A stretch of DNA of 63,027 nt, counting the filler, from Hyphochytrium catenoides (taxonomy: Eukaryota > Protista > Hyphochytriomycota): the NCBI GenBank assembly GCA_900088475.1. It is 6 parts of 6 records of this genome, joined end to end, with 100 filler letters (N's around TTAATTAATTAA, not from the genome) between each part and the next. Parts side by side here need not be neighbours in the genome. Positions count along the whole stretch, not along the records: positions 1 to 20,150 come from FLMG01004402.1; positions 20,251 to 39,801 come from FLMG01002079.1; 4 more parts are not named here. One strand, 5' to 3'. Of the stretch, positions 12,845 through 24,938 are shown in pieces. The notes below the pieces were generated by a model. It worked only from the letters and a program-made list of their open reading frames with translations, was not told the DNA's origin and did not search any database. The position numbers and the translations under genes were made by a program. Within the stretch, counting starts at the first letter, position 1, and each line of letters begins with the position of its first letter.

Positions 12845-14617
12845 ATGGATCCTATGTCAGTCGCCGGTGCCGCGGCGATGCTCTCAGCCGCGGCAATGAT
12901 GATGCCCACTCATCAGGGACTGCTGCAAAGTCAGCAGTTTTTAACTCCTGAGCAACACGCAGCTCTGATGGACCCCGAAGGCGCGGCCAAGCAGTTGAAG
13001 CCTAAAAAATGCAAGATTGAGGGCTGCAATAAGTGGCCTCAAAAGGGAGGACTTTGCCTACAGCACGGCTCTAGCCCGAAAAAGGTAAGAGGGCTTTCCC
13101 ACTCTAGGCCTCGCGACCGCTGAAACCTCACCTTGCTCTTTGCAGCAAGAAGAAGAGCTTGACGAACACGGGGTGCTAGCAAAGACCTGTGCCGTTGAAG
13201 GCTGCGGAAAATGGCCTCAGAAGGGAGGTGTGTGTGTCGCACATGGTGCCCAGGTCAAGCGGTGCTCTGCTGAAGGATGCAAGCGATGGGCTCAAAAGGG
13301 TGGCATGTGCATGAGTCATGGTGCCATTCGCAAGCGATGTCAGGTAACAATTCCTTTGCGCTTTTCAGAGCTGTTCTATCGCCTTTCCTGGCAGTGCCCT
13401 GCGTTCTTTGGCATAGTCTCCAATGCATTTTTTCTCGTTTGTTAAGTGCAGTGATACTCTCTCATCACGTTGCAATATATCCTTCATTCCCCTCATGCCA
13501 AGTCCTTTCTTTTCCCTGCTTGCCCTTGTCAAAACGTCCACAGCTGTAGACTGACACGCTCACCTCTGCACGTAGACGCCAGGATGCAAGAAATGGGCTC
13601 AACGTGCTGGGCTTTGCGTCCATCACGGTGCTCCTGCCAACCAGTGTAAGGTGGAAGGCTGTACGAAATGGGCTCAGAAGAAGGGCCTCTGCCTGGCTCA
13701 TGGTGCACAGGTCAAGCGCTGTGAGGTTGAGGGCTGCGGCAAGTATGCGCAACTAGTAGGACTTTGTATGAGGCACGGAGCTGCGGCAGCGCAGTGTAAG
13801 ATGAAGGGATGCAAGAGAAAGGCTCAGAACAATGGTTTCTGTGCGGCACACTTTCACAAGGTGAAGCGATGTAAGGTAGAAGGCTGCCCTAAACAGGCAC
13901 AGCGCCAGGGGGTCTGCGTAGCACACGGCGCCACGGTCAAGCGATGCAAGGTTGAGGACTGTCAGAAGCAGGCACAAAGACAGGGACTCTGTGTCCGTCA
14001 CGGTGCTACAATGAAGCGATGTTCAGTGGAGGGCTGCCAGAAGCAGGCGCAGAAGGCTGGAAAATGTGTAGCGCACGGTGCTAAGCTTAAGGTGGGATAC
14101 CGTCTGAACTTGGGACATTTCTCTCCTCTTTCCCTTAGCAAACCTGACTTCGGAAGTCCTCACTCCTGTTCCGTGCAAGTTCTACTTATACTCATCTGAC
14201 CTCCCAATTTTGTTGTCTCAGAAATGTAAGAAGAAGGGATGTACTCGAAGGCCTCAAGGAGCTGGAGTCTTCTGCGTTGCCCACAAAAAAGCCCGTCGCA
14301 CGCGTGGTGAGCTCAGTGAAGAGGCTGCGGAGGTGATGCAGCTCGCCGCTATGTCAGGCCTTGCCCGGAGTGCTGTGGGCATGGGCATGGGTGGCCATCC
14401 GGGTATGGGAGGAGGCCTAGGCGGTGGTCTTGGAGGAGGACTTGGAGGCGGCCTGGGCGGTGGTATGGGCGGGATGAATGGAGGCATGGGTGGCGGTATT
14501 GGAGGTGGTATGGGTGTGCCAGTGGGAGTTGGCGTGGGTATCCCTGGCGTTCATCATCACCATCACGACCCACATGTTGGCCTTTCCGCTGACGATACCG
14601 GCTTCGGCCATGTGTAG
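12845..14617 (+). CDS. WRKY19-like Cys/His zinc-finger repeat protein with a Gly/His-rich tail; exons 12845-13084, 13146-13343, 13576-14091, 14222-14617 (~449 aa)
   Basis: 11 copies of C-x4-C-x9/10-C-x2-H (e.g. CKVEGCTKWAQKKGLCLAHG). Three phase-0 GT-AG introns join the exons in frame. Confidence 0.9.
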
Positions 14618-15227
14618 GCACTGTCCGTCGTTCAAAGCCCACTCTTTTTGTAAATTACTCTCTTCCTCTTCATCTATAATCTCTTACATCTCCCTATCTA
14701 ATGCTGGGGATAATCCCACTATTATGAGTCGTAGGGCTCGTCAAGCCGACGCACACTGTGTGCTGTGTACAGGGCTTTTGCACAGCAGCGGGGTTGGTCC
14801 TACGTACTCACTAGTAACATAAATGCTATTGCTGTCTCTCCTTTTCTGACCGCTCTCGGTCTCGTTAGAACGTGCAACCTGTGTGATACGTTTCTCTAGA
14901 AGGGAGTATAGTACTGTCTGCCTCGGGATGTTGACGGGACAGTGTGAGCTAGTTGGTCCTGGAGACTTTACCCATGACAGGATGACTCGTAAACAATTCA
15001 CCGACCACATGCATAGGAGAACATATTTTCTCTGATACCTGTAGATTGGCGCTGTCCGCTCCCTACGTTGCGGCAAAGAAGCTCTGAGGTATTTGAGGTT
15101 TATTTGTCTACTAAATGGCGGTTCACAGGCGTAGAGTCCCTGGTCGTTATAATAACAGAGCTGATTCCTGCCTCTCTCGGCTGTTGCCTCTACCCGAACC
15201 ACAGATTTTGAACCTATTGCTGCTCTC

Positions 15228-17129
15228 TCATTGAGTCCCTGCTGCCTCTCTCTGTGCCCTGCGTCTATATTCAGCTACATAGTTAGCTATCTTAGGAACG
15301 GAGGTATCTGCGTCGACTGACTGTGTGAAGAAGTCGACAAATGTCCCATCTGGATCAACAAGGTAAAGGACAATCGAGTGATCGACAAGATAGTCATCTT
15401 CGACATCTTCTTTCACATCCGCCTTCGTGAAGTAGACGCGGTAGGCTCTAGCTGCTTCTTTGATCTGGTCCGGAGTGCCTGTCAACATCAGAATACGCGG
15501 ATGGAAATCTTTTTGGAAGACGTTAGGTTGGAGAGCAGAGATAAGATGTCAAACTTGATAAGAGAAGCAGACCATAAAAAGAGACGATCAATGCAGGAAG
15601 AGAAGAGAGAGAGGCGAGAAGTCCAAGCAGAGTGCGATGCCTCAAGCCATTGAAGTGCCAAAAGCAAAGGATGACCCATTGAGCGCAGACCCTAAGCTGG
15701 CAAGGACATAGCGTACCTTGAACGTAGGCTCTGTTCTGACCCACCGTGTCACGAGAAGGATCAACTGAAATAAAGACTGGCAAAAGCTCAATGCCCTTGG
15801 CGTCTGCAAAGTCGAACATGATTGTGGGCCAGGAAAAGATTAGAACCTGTACTCATCCCTAGAGTCAGCTCATCTTGACTCCCTACTTATTCATTGTCTA
15901 TGTCTCTCCCTCGTGTTCGCGCCTTCTAGAGTTCCATCTTGCTCTGTCCCTTCTCCTGACGGAACACCCCTCGATGTTTGATCCCTACGACTCTCTGTGG
16001 CAGACTGGCTTCTGAGGCTGGTTGCCGGACGCTTGAGGACTTCCACATCTATCGTGAAGACAAAGCCCCGCCTATTATGAAGGCGATTACGGCGCTAATT
16101 CCCTGCCAGTCACCACTAAGTTCTCTCTCCTTAATGACAACCCTTTCTCTGGGTCTTCCTCCCTGATGGAGCTCAAAGCTTTCTGAAGTGCTCACCTAGC
16201 TTATCCACTATCTTCCCAACCTTCACCAATTCGCTGGGACATATGTCAGGACAATGCGTAAAGCCAAAGTATAGTAGGGTCCACTTCCCCTTCAGCTCCA
16301 CATCAGTCCATGGACGGCCATGCTGATCCACCAGCGTCCAGCGTCCTCCTAACAAGGGTTTGCCATACGATACGACCTTCTTCGATACTTTCGGCCAAGG
16401 AGACAGGTTGGGGTTAACGCCAGTACGGCAAGAGAGAAAAGAGAGAGAGAGAGAGAGAGCAGGTCACTAAGTTGGAGCAAACGATCGTATTGAGCGAAAG
16501 ACACAGTGCATAGCAAGGAAGAAGCTAGAAGGTCAGCCGCAGAGAGACACGAGGAATATAAGGGTAGACGTAAACGCGGAAAGATGCCCAACGGCAGGAG
16601 GAGTGAAGTTAGACAGACAGCCTCGAGGACCAAGGACAACAGAGAGAGAGAGTCTGTCTCTCTACCTTGTTCTTGTCGCCGTTCTTTCTCGTAGTTATAG
16701 TACCAGACGATTCCTCCACCGACAGCTACGGCGAGGCCTAGTCCTGCCCAAGTGACAGGCTGACAAAGGAGGGAAACCCATGAAAGTCAGAGAGTTCCAG
16801 CCGGCAGGAGACCATGAAGAAGAGGACAGAGTTGGAGGGCCAAGCCATTGAAAAGAAGAAGAATGAGTAGCTTCCAAAAGAGATAAGGTCATGACAGAGT
16901 CAGATGACGACTTTCCCAAGGGTAGGAGGAGGGAGCTCACCCCTTGCTGCATGTGCCGCTGTCCCTTGGGCGCTGTTGCCAAGGGTCTACGTTGAACAAG
17001 GCGTTCAGACCGAAGGAGAGAGGAAGGAGTCACAGTACGCAGACAGGGAGAGCTTCCCTTTGCACAGCGAACGAGAGAGGGAAGTCTCATGGCTGTTCGG
17101 GCAGCTAAGCTCGGTATCCGCGCACTCAT
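15228..17129 (-). CDS. SCO1: SCO1/SenC copper chaperone for cytochrome c oxidase; exons 17129-16941, 16759-16666, 16387-16196, 15803-15717, 15508-15228 (~280 aa)
   Basis: Arg-rich presequence, TM helix GPVTWAGLGLAVAVGGGIVWYY, YFGFTHCPDICPSEL (CxxxC), FISVDPSRD, YLVDHS. GT-AG intron phases are consistent. Confidence 0.95.
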
Positions 17130-17453
17130 CACCAGCAAAGGAAGAGTGAAGGGCCAGGAATATCAAGAACTTGTGCAAGCTGGACTGCTAAGAGTCAAAG
17201 AGAAAGACCAGAGGCAGGAGAGGGTGCGAGCAGACTTTCTCTCTGAAAATAGAGTTATTATAGAGCTGCTGTCCACGAAGAACTAGGAGAGACAAGGTGA
17301 AAGCGAGAAGAATACAGCGCCAGAGCAAAGCAAGAAAGGGAGAGAAAAGCGAGAGAACGAGCACGAGAAACTTTAACAGAGAGAGCTAGCGAGGAAGAGG
17401 AAGAGAGCGAGAGAGGAACGGAGAGAGAGCGAGAGCGAGGAAAAAGAGACAGA

Positions 17454-17491
<38 letters not shown>

Positions 17492-18261
17492 GAGAGAGCG
17501 AAAGCAAGAGAGCGAGAGAAAGAGCGAGAGAGCGAGCGAGCGAGAGGAAGGGCTACAGAGAGAGTGAGAGTGAGAGAGAGAGGGAGGAAGAGAGAGGAGA
17601 GAGAGAGAGATGCTGATGAACAAGCTGAACTCATCACGAATCATCAGAACCAAATCTCAAACAAATGACGATTAGATAACGGCTATGCTTTTCGTACAAC
17701 GGCTATCACGCTGGCCTTCCCCTACAACCACAATCTCGCTTCTCTCTCTCTCTCTCTCNNNNNNNNNNNNNNNNNNNNNNNNNNNNNNTCTCTCTCTCTT
17801 TTTCTCTCTCTTTCTCCATCTCTCACCATCTCTTCTCTCCATCTCTCTCTCTCTCTCTCTCTTTCTCCATATCTCTCTCCATCTCTTCTCTCCATCTCTC
17901 TCTCTTCTCTCTCTCTCTTCCTCTGTCTCTTTCTGTGTGTGTCTCTCTTTTTTGTTTGGCTCTTCTCTCTCTTTCTCTCTCTCTGCGCACCAATGAAGAG
18001 CTTATGGAGGTTCTATCACGCCAGATAAAGACCTTTAGAAGAACTCAGACAGAGTCTCTGCTGGACGCAGCTTTATTGCCGGCCTTGTCTCTCTCTCTCT
18101 CTCTCGTCCCTGTTGCTGATAGAGAGTCTCTCCTCCCGGTCTTCCAGGGTCTGTGCAGTGATTCTTAAGCTTGAACTGCCAGTGGCACCAAGACTCCTTT
18201 CCCCGTGAGCTCATAACACCAAGACGGTTCTTTGGCAGTAAGGACGCCCACGTAAGGAGAG

Positions 18262-19247
18262 ATGTCGACTCGCTGGCACCGTCACAAGAAGATCCTTGAC
18301 CAGACCAAGGGCTACTATGGACAGGCCAACTCCTGCTTCAGGACGGCCATCCGCAGATGGCAGAAGGCCCAGCAGTATGCCTACCGTGACAGGAGAGCAA
18401 AGAAGAGGGTCAGTCTGGCGCAGTTAGGCAGACGCCTTTGCACTCTTTCACAGCTTTATCCATTTCTATATTGCATTGTTTCTTTGTCTCTCTCCTCTTG
18501 CCTGTCCAGCGGATCCTTGCTTTGTACTTGGCGCGGTCAGCGGGTGGAGGAGTGCTTCCACTGCCATATCTACTCTTTCCTTATTCTCTTTCCTTCGCTG
18601 TCTTTCCCTTCAGCCTTCTAACGCGGCTTGGTGTTCTCTCTGTCTCTCTCCATCGTTGTCCTCACGTACTCTCTCTCTTTCTGACTGTCTCTGGCGCTCG
18701 TGCTTTGTCTTGACTGACCTCTATGGCTTTTTAGGAGATGCGCTCAATGTGGATTGAGAAGTTGAACGCTGCTGTTAAGCAAGAAGGAACGAACTATAGT
18801 CGATTCATTTGGGGCATGAAGAAGTGCAATATCGAGCTCAACCGGAAGGTTCTGGCGGACATTGCGGTCACGGAGCCCTTCAGCTTCAAATCAGTGGTAG
18901 AGGTGGTCAAGACCATGCCAAACTTCATGCGACAGCCAGGAAATGTGAGGCACCGTCTTCCCTCTGTCTCTTCTTTGTCGGTCGTAGTAGCTTGTTTGGC
19001 CTTATGCGCCTCTGCATGTGCATTGCCCTTTTCTTCCTTGTACGGCATAGGTGTTCTTTCGCGCGCTCTCTCTCCCTTTCGCTGTTGGCCCTGGCACTGA
19101 CTCTTGTCTTTCTCGCAGTCCCACCATCTGAAGGTAGACATGAAGGCTATTCAGGAGGGTATGCGCAACAAGGTTCGGGAAAGCCTGAAAGCGAAAGAAG
19201 GGAAAGAGGGCGTGTCCGCAGCAGAGTCTGCGCAGCCTGCTGTCTAG
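18262..19247 (+). CDS. MRPL20: Mitochondrial ribosomal protein bL20; exons 18262-18408, 18735-18944, 19119-19247
   Basis: [55 protein letters not shown]. Two phase-0 GT-AG introns. Confidence 0.93.
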
Positions 19248-19583
19248 TTCTGCTGGGACTGCTTAGTAAGGGCAGGTCGGAGAGTGAGAGTAGAGCACTC
19301 AGAGCTCTGTTCTTTCTCTTTGTCCTCCCTATCGCTTGTAAATATAACTGGGCCGTCTTCTTCTCATCCACCTCTCACACAGTCACCACGCCAATACTTT
19401 TCCTTCTTTCCTTTTATTGTGGAGCCTCCCCTGGTTGATGAAGCCGAACTTTCTTACAGATGGAGCTCTGCTACTCAGCTAGAAAACCTAGAGGAAGCTG
19501 AGTCATTGCCCTTCCCACGTCCTTAGAACCCTATCTGACTCTCTCCTTCTATGCTTCTCTATCGCTCTCTCTCTCTCTGCGCG

Positions 19584-19842
19584 CTAAAGCGGCGTCATGG
19601 CATCAGTGACTAGCTTGCTGATGTCCTTCTCAGTGAAGATTTCAGTACAGCGCTGGGACACTTGCTCCATTCTGACCACGGCAGCCTTAGAAACAGGAGT
19701 GATATGCTCGTCCTTGAGTCCATAGGAGTCTAGCGTAGGTATATCGAGAGATTCTGAGATAGAGTCCACCCAAGAGCGAAGAGAGGAAGCCGGGTTATCC
19801 GAGTCCGAAGGAATGTTGAGAGCTTGGCAAATGGTAGAGAAT
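19584..19842 (-). CDS. Last exon of a probable iron-containing alcohol dehydrogenase-like gene (upstream exons lost at the contig end)
   Basis: Acceptor cag is followed by FSTICQALNI...SLRSWVDSISESLDIPTLDSYGLKDEHITPVSKAA...FTEKDISKLVTDAM, which resembles the Fe-ADH C-terminal helical domain. Confidence 0.55.
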
Positions 19843-20150
19843 CTGACGCAGATTGAAGAACGATACAGCACAGAAGAGAAGCGACGACTGTTAGCTGAGA
19901 ACGATTTGCGCTTTTTTCTAGTCTCACCATCAGTCAATCTCTCTCCATTACATGCATTACGCTACCCGTCCTGCCTCTCTCTACCTGCTTTAGCGCCCAT
20001 TACGTCATCCCGTTCTCTCTCGACTCCTCCATTGTATCGCCATCAACTTTCTCTCCTATGTCATTTGCCGACGTTTCTTAAATCTCTCTCTCTCTTCCTC
20101 TCTCTTTCTCTCTCTTTCTCCCTCTTTCTCTCTCTCTCTCTCTCTCTTTC

Positions 20151-20250
20151 NNNNNNNNNNNNNNNNNNNNNNNNNNNNNNNNNNNNNNNNNNNNTTAATT
20201 AATTAANNNNNNNNNNNNNNNNNNNNNNNNNNNNNNNNNNNNNNNNNNNN
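20151..20250. other. Artificial contig-joining spacer
   Basis: 100 nt of N-run, TTAATTAATTAA (stops in all six frames), N-run. Confidence 0.97.
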
Positions 20251-20257
20251 TCCTGTC

Positions 20258-20298
<41 letters not shown>

Positions 20299-20341
20299 AC
20301 ACACACATTTCTTAAACGAGCTTCCTTTCTCTGTAATGTCT

Positions 20342-20386
<45 letters not shown>

Positions 20387-21769
20387 GCACAAAGGCATCA
20401 GAGAGGAAGAGACAGGATAGAAGGGCCTTATGTTCGTTCATTGCAATGTAACGCCCCACCAGTCCGCCTAAAGATTACTGATGACTGAGGCAGAACTTTG
20501 ATAAATAAGTTATCTAATGGAGCATTCCGATGATTCTTTGCTATTTGGTTATTCATTAGTTACAAGTATCACAAGATCCTAGTTTGCTGCTTGATGATTA
20601 TCAGTTATCAGTACGAAGACTGGTGAAGGGGGGTTTATCTTCAGTGACCGTACAGCTTACAGCTTATCTTGGGCTGGTGTCAAACTAGGAAAGTTAAATT
20701 CGGCAGTGTTATGTAGGTGTTCTGGTGTTCTAGGATGTCCTTCTAGGTTTACCAAAAGTGTCTTGAAACAACAGTTACAGGATTCGGGAGACACTGGCTC
20801 TGAGATAATAGCCTATAGAGAATCACCAAACCCCCATGACGAATTACCATTTCCTGGCGCCCATCTTATTGAAGAAGCCGTTAGCGTCTTCCTTCGAGGC
20901 TAAGATGGTGTTTGGCATTTTGTCATAATAATGTCTCTCTAAATGAGGAAGCTATAGTTTGGTTTCCTATGAGCCGTAATAATAGTGTGAGAGGACATTG
21001 ATCACTCCCTCCCCGCACAGGTGGGACTAAGAGTCCGGTGCGGGCTTAGCGCTGATTGGTCCTCCAACTTGTCTGGGGGGCGATTGATGGACTTACGAGG
21101 TAACACTTGACCAGAGACAGAGTAGTAATATAGATATTGATTGAAGTAGGATGAGATGGACAATATAGTCAGACAGAGAGGATAGCAGCAGAAGGCCAAA
21201 AGAGCACGTTGAAGTGATCAAGAGGACACAGAGGAAGGGCAAAATGAGAGCAGAGGAAGAGAGGGAGAGAGAGAGAGAAAGAGAGAACGGGAAGGAGAGA
21301 GAGAGGAGGAGAGAGAGAGAGAAAGAGAGGGAGAAAGAGAGAGAGGGAAGGAGAGAGAGAGGGGGAGAGAGAGANNNNNNNNNNGAGAGAGAGAGAGAGA
21401 GGAGAAGGGAGGCGGGAAGGAGGGTGGATTTTAGCGGTCTGTTGTTTTTGCTCTTCGATCTGACCACTTGTCCTCCCATGCTTGCCACTCACTCGCGATG
21501 ATGTTTGCTCCTCTTCTCGCTCTCTCCCTCCTCTCTCTCCCTCCATTCATAACAAGCAATATCTCTCTCTTGGACAGGCAATCGGCAGTGCCTGTCTTCC
21601 ACTATCTTGTAAACCTGGCAGTGAGCAACGTTATCAGACATGTCACCCGACGAACTCAGTAAAGAGGCGCAAGAACCAGCTCTTTTTCCCTCTTTTCTTC
21701 TCTCTTCTCCTGTTTCCTCTCTCTCTGCTGGTCGAGGCACCGCCAAGTAAGGCGGACTTCTCTCCCTTA

Positions 21770-21820
<51 letters not shown>

Positions 21821-21919
21821 CCTCCTCTCATTCTTCTTCACCGAGCGCAGTCGTTGCATTCCTTGCAACGGACAGTTACCCCTTTGTTTGGCATGATTCT
21901 ACAGTACTTTGTCTACATC

Positions 21920-21970
<51 letters not shown>

Positions 21971-22274
21971 TTCTATTAGCTCCAAGGATGGCTCATCTAT
22001 CTTCTTCTCTTTCTAAAGTTGTCTCCTTCTTCTAACTTGTGGACTGAGCCTTATGGAGGAATCTCCAAAATTCTTGGGCAACGCTCTATCTCCACCGCAG
22101 AAGGACCATCCCTTCCCTCTCTCTTTCTTTTTTTCTCTCTCTCATTGTTCCCTATGGCTCCGTCTCTCCTCGATGATCTCTCTCGTCCTTTGATCGGCGA
22201 AGGAGCTTTCTTCACTCAAAGAGAAGGTTGCCAACGAAGAAGGAGATAGTATATAAACTTTTTGTTGAACACCC

Positions 22275-22318
<44 letters not shown>

Positions 22319-22539
22319 GGACGGTTGCAAGCCTGTCGCTGTTTCCTTCCGCCCCCGTATCCACTACTCAGCATTCTTTTTTTTCCCTCGCCCTGCCACA
22401 TTAGCCTCATCTTTCTCAATCAGTCAAGCAGATTAGCGAGTGAGAGAGAAAGAGAGACAAATAGAAAGACGAGATGCACGCGAGAAGAGAAGAAAAGAGA
22501 TAAGGCAATGCGTCTCTTCCTCTTCTTCTCTTTCTTAAA

Positions 22540-22920
22540 ATGAGTTCCGCGGAAGAGATATTGGGACAGGTCTTGCCTACGACGGCGAGTATCCTGGAGG
22601 CGGCAACAACGCTAGCGGGAGGAGACGGAGGAGGAGAGACAGCGGCAGGAAGAGAAGAGGAGGGAGAGAATGCAAGCTTTCTCTCCCGTACCATCTCTCT
22701 CCCTAACTATATAGTAGTAGCAGGACAGATAGGCCTTGTCGCCCTTGGGGTCATTCTTCTCATTGTTCTCTTGGTGGCCGCCGTGGTGTTCAAGAAGAGG
22801 AGAAACAGAAGGAGAAAGAAGAAGGCAAGCGGCGTGGTACTGGGGACGCCTCTCGCTACACCGAAAGGCTTTGCTTCTTCCTCGACAAACTATGTCCAGA
22901 GGCCGGAATACATGGTGTGA
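22540..22920 (+). CDS. Putative small single-pass membrane protein (3' structure uncertain)
   Basis: AAAATG start after a CT-rich leader. One strong hydrophobic helix (IGLVALGVILLIVLLVAAVVF) is followed by a polybasic stop-transfer segment KKRRNRRRKKK. Confidence 0.5.
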   Translation: MSSAEEILGQVLPTTASILEAATTLAGGDGGGETAAGREEEGENASFLSRTISLPNYIVVAGQIGLVALGVILLIVLLVAAVVFKKRRNRRRKKKASGVVLGTPLATPKGFASSSTNYVQRPEYMV

Positions 22921-23731
22921 TAGAAGAAACCAGAGAGAGAAAGAGAGAACGACCTGCCTTTCTCTCCTCAACGTTGGCACTCTCTCTCTCTCTTTCGCTC
23001 TCTCTCTCGCTGGATGACGTGTTGCTTTGACGGCAAATGAGGGAGACTCCTTCCAGAAGCCATAGAAGAGAACCTCAGAAGATTAATCTTATTAACGCTG
23101 GGAAGAATCTGCAGGAAAGAGTCAAGTGTGATGCAACGCGTCTGTCTCTCTCTTTCTCTCTTACCTGGGCCAAAGATAGACAGACAGGAAATAGAGGAAA
23201 GAGAAAGGAAGCTCGTGCGATTCTGTGAGCACGAGCCAAACATCCCTTCTGCTCCTGGACAGCAGACTTTGGGAGGACCAACAATATATCTAGAGAAAAG
23301 AGGCAAATGACACTTAAAACTCTCTCTCTCTCCCTCTCTCCCTCTCCTCTACCTCGGAAAGAGGAGTAGGGCATGACGCAAGAAGGAGGAGGAATTAGTC
23401 TAAGCCAGGCAGAACTGAAGGGAGGTGATGAGGAAGAAGAGGAAAGAAAGGAAGACGAGAGAAGAGAGAGAGAGAGAAGGAGAGATCATATTCATTATCT
23501 GCCCTTATCTTCTCTCTTTTCCTCTCTCTGCTCTCTCTTGGGCGAGAGATGGATAATCTTGTTCTATGTCGTTCAATGTTCGTTAGCCCCGTCATTTATT
23601 AGTCAAAATCGTATGACCCTCACAGTCTTCACCGTATCGTAACAGTCAATGACAGTCTTCATAGCTCCGTTACCCTTGCCGGCGCTTCAGTGATGCAGAG
23701 GAAGAATATCAGAGGACAAGCACTTCTCTCT

Positions 23732-23767
<36 letters not shown>

Positions 23768-24196
23768 CCTCTCCTCTCTCTCTCTCTCTACACTTCCGAT
23801 AACTCCTTCTCTTTCCCCAGTAGTGTCTCTATCCAGCTCCATTTCTTCTTCGTTCTCTCCCTCTGTAAAGTCAACAACAGAGAGAAGAGAGGCAATAATA
23901 GAGGCATCAAACAAGAAGAAGACAATAATAGAGGCATCGGGAAGAGGAGAGAGAGAGAGAGAGAGAAGAGAACAAGAAGACAGGAAAGAGGACGCCCAGG
24001 CAAGTACGCCGGTGAGTGAAAGGAGAAATAACAAGACGAGCAGAGGGGAGAGCGAAGAGACCAAAAGAAGAGGGATGGAAGGAGTGGCGGCAGCGGGAAG
24101 AAGAGAAGAAAGATGGGAAGATGGGACTTGCAAACAGTTGAAGAGAGAGAAGCGAATGGAACCCACCCCCTTTATTAGAGGCCAAAGAGCAGCACA

Positions 24197-24544
24197 GAGA
24201 GAAAGCCGCAAAAGCGGACTCGCCATCTCCAAAAGCGACTCGCACTTGTACTCATTCTTCCTCGGTGTCTCTCTCCGCGCTCTTTCTCTTTCTCTCCCTC
24301 TCCCCACCCTCCCTAAAGGTAGCCCCTTTCTCTCTCTTTCGTTTTCTCTCTCTCTTTACTTCCTCCTTTTCCTCGCTCTCTCTCTCTCGCTCTCTTTTCT
24401 CTCTCTCTCTCTCTTGTCCTTTCGTTCTCCCACTTGTTCTCACACAATTTCTTTCTGTTCGTCTCTTTCTCTCTCCTTTCGTCGTCGTCATCTTCTCTCT
24501 CTCTCTCTCTCTTGCTCTGTGATCGTCTTTCCTTTTCCGCTTCT
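24197..24544 (+). repeat. Imperfect direct repeat, copy 1 (copy 2 at 25321-25735)
   Basis: Shared non-microsatellite core GCGGACTC(G/A)CCATCTCCAAAAGCGACTCG...TACTCATTCTTCCTCGGT and shared end CTTGC(T/A)CTGTGAT(C/T)GTCTTT. Confidence 0.85.
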
Positions 24545-24677
24545 AAAGGGTAGGGGCTTAGGGTTAACCCTAATATTAGGTCTGCATTATCTATAACTGA
24601 CCTGATCAGGTTTTATAAATTATCATTGAAGAAGCTCCATCCATTCCAGAGATCTGGTTCTGTCTCTCATAAGAAGA

Positions 24678-24938
24678 GACGGTTGAGCTCCAGTCAATGG
24701 AGTTCAGAGTTATCGCGGCCTCACCTGCTTTTGAGGCGGTGTGGATGTTTAGAGCCATCAGATTCAGAGTATCCCTTGCAGAAGCATCCACAAAGGATAT
24801 CATTGAGACTCATCGCTCTCAAATGGTGAAGCTTCCTGCAAGGGATACTCTGAATGTGATGGCTCTCAACATCCACACCGCCTCAAAAGCAGGTGAGGCC
24901 GCGATAACTCCGAACTCCATTGACTGGACTCAACCGTC
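24678..24938. repeat. Long inverted repeat: arms 24678-24785 and 24831-24938, 45-nt spacer
   Basis: By manual alignment the arms are reverse complements with 3 substitutions and 2 single-base indels. Confidence 0.95.

Noticed and set aside
13651-14091. ~75-bp periodic repeats resembling a CRISPR-like array
   Set aside because: They are the codon-level repeats of the zinc-finger protein. There are no invariant repeats with unique spacers and no cas genes.
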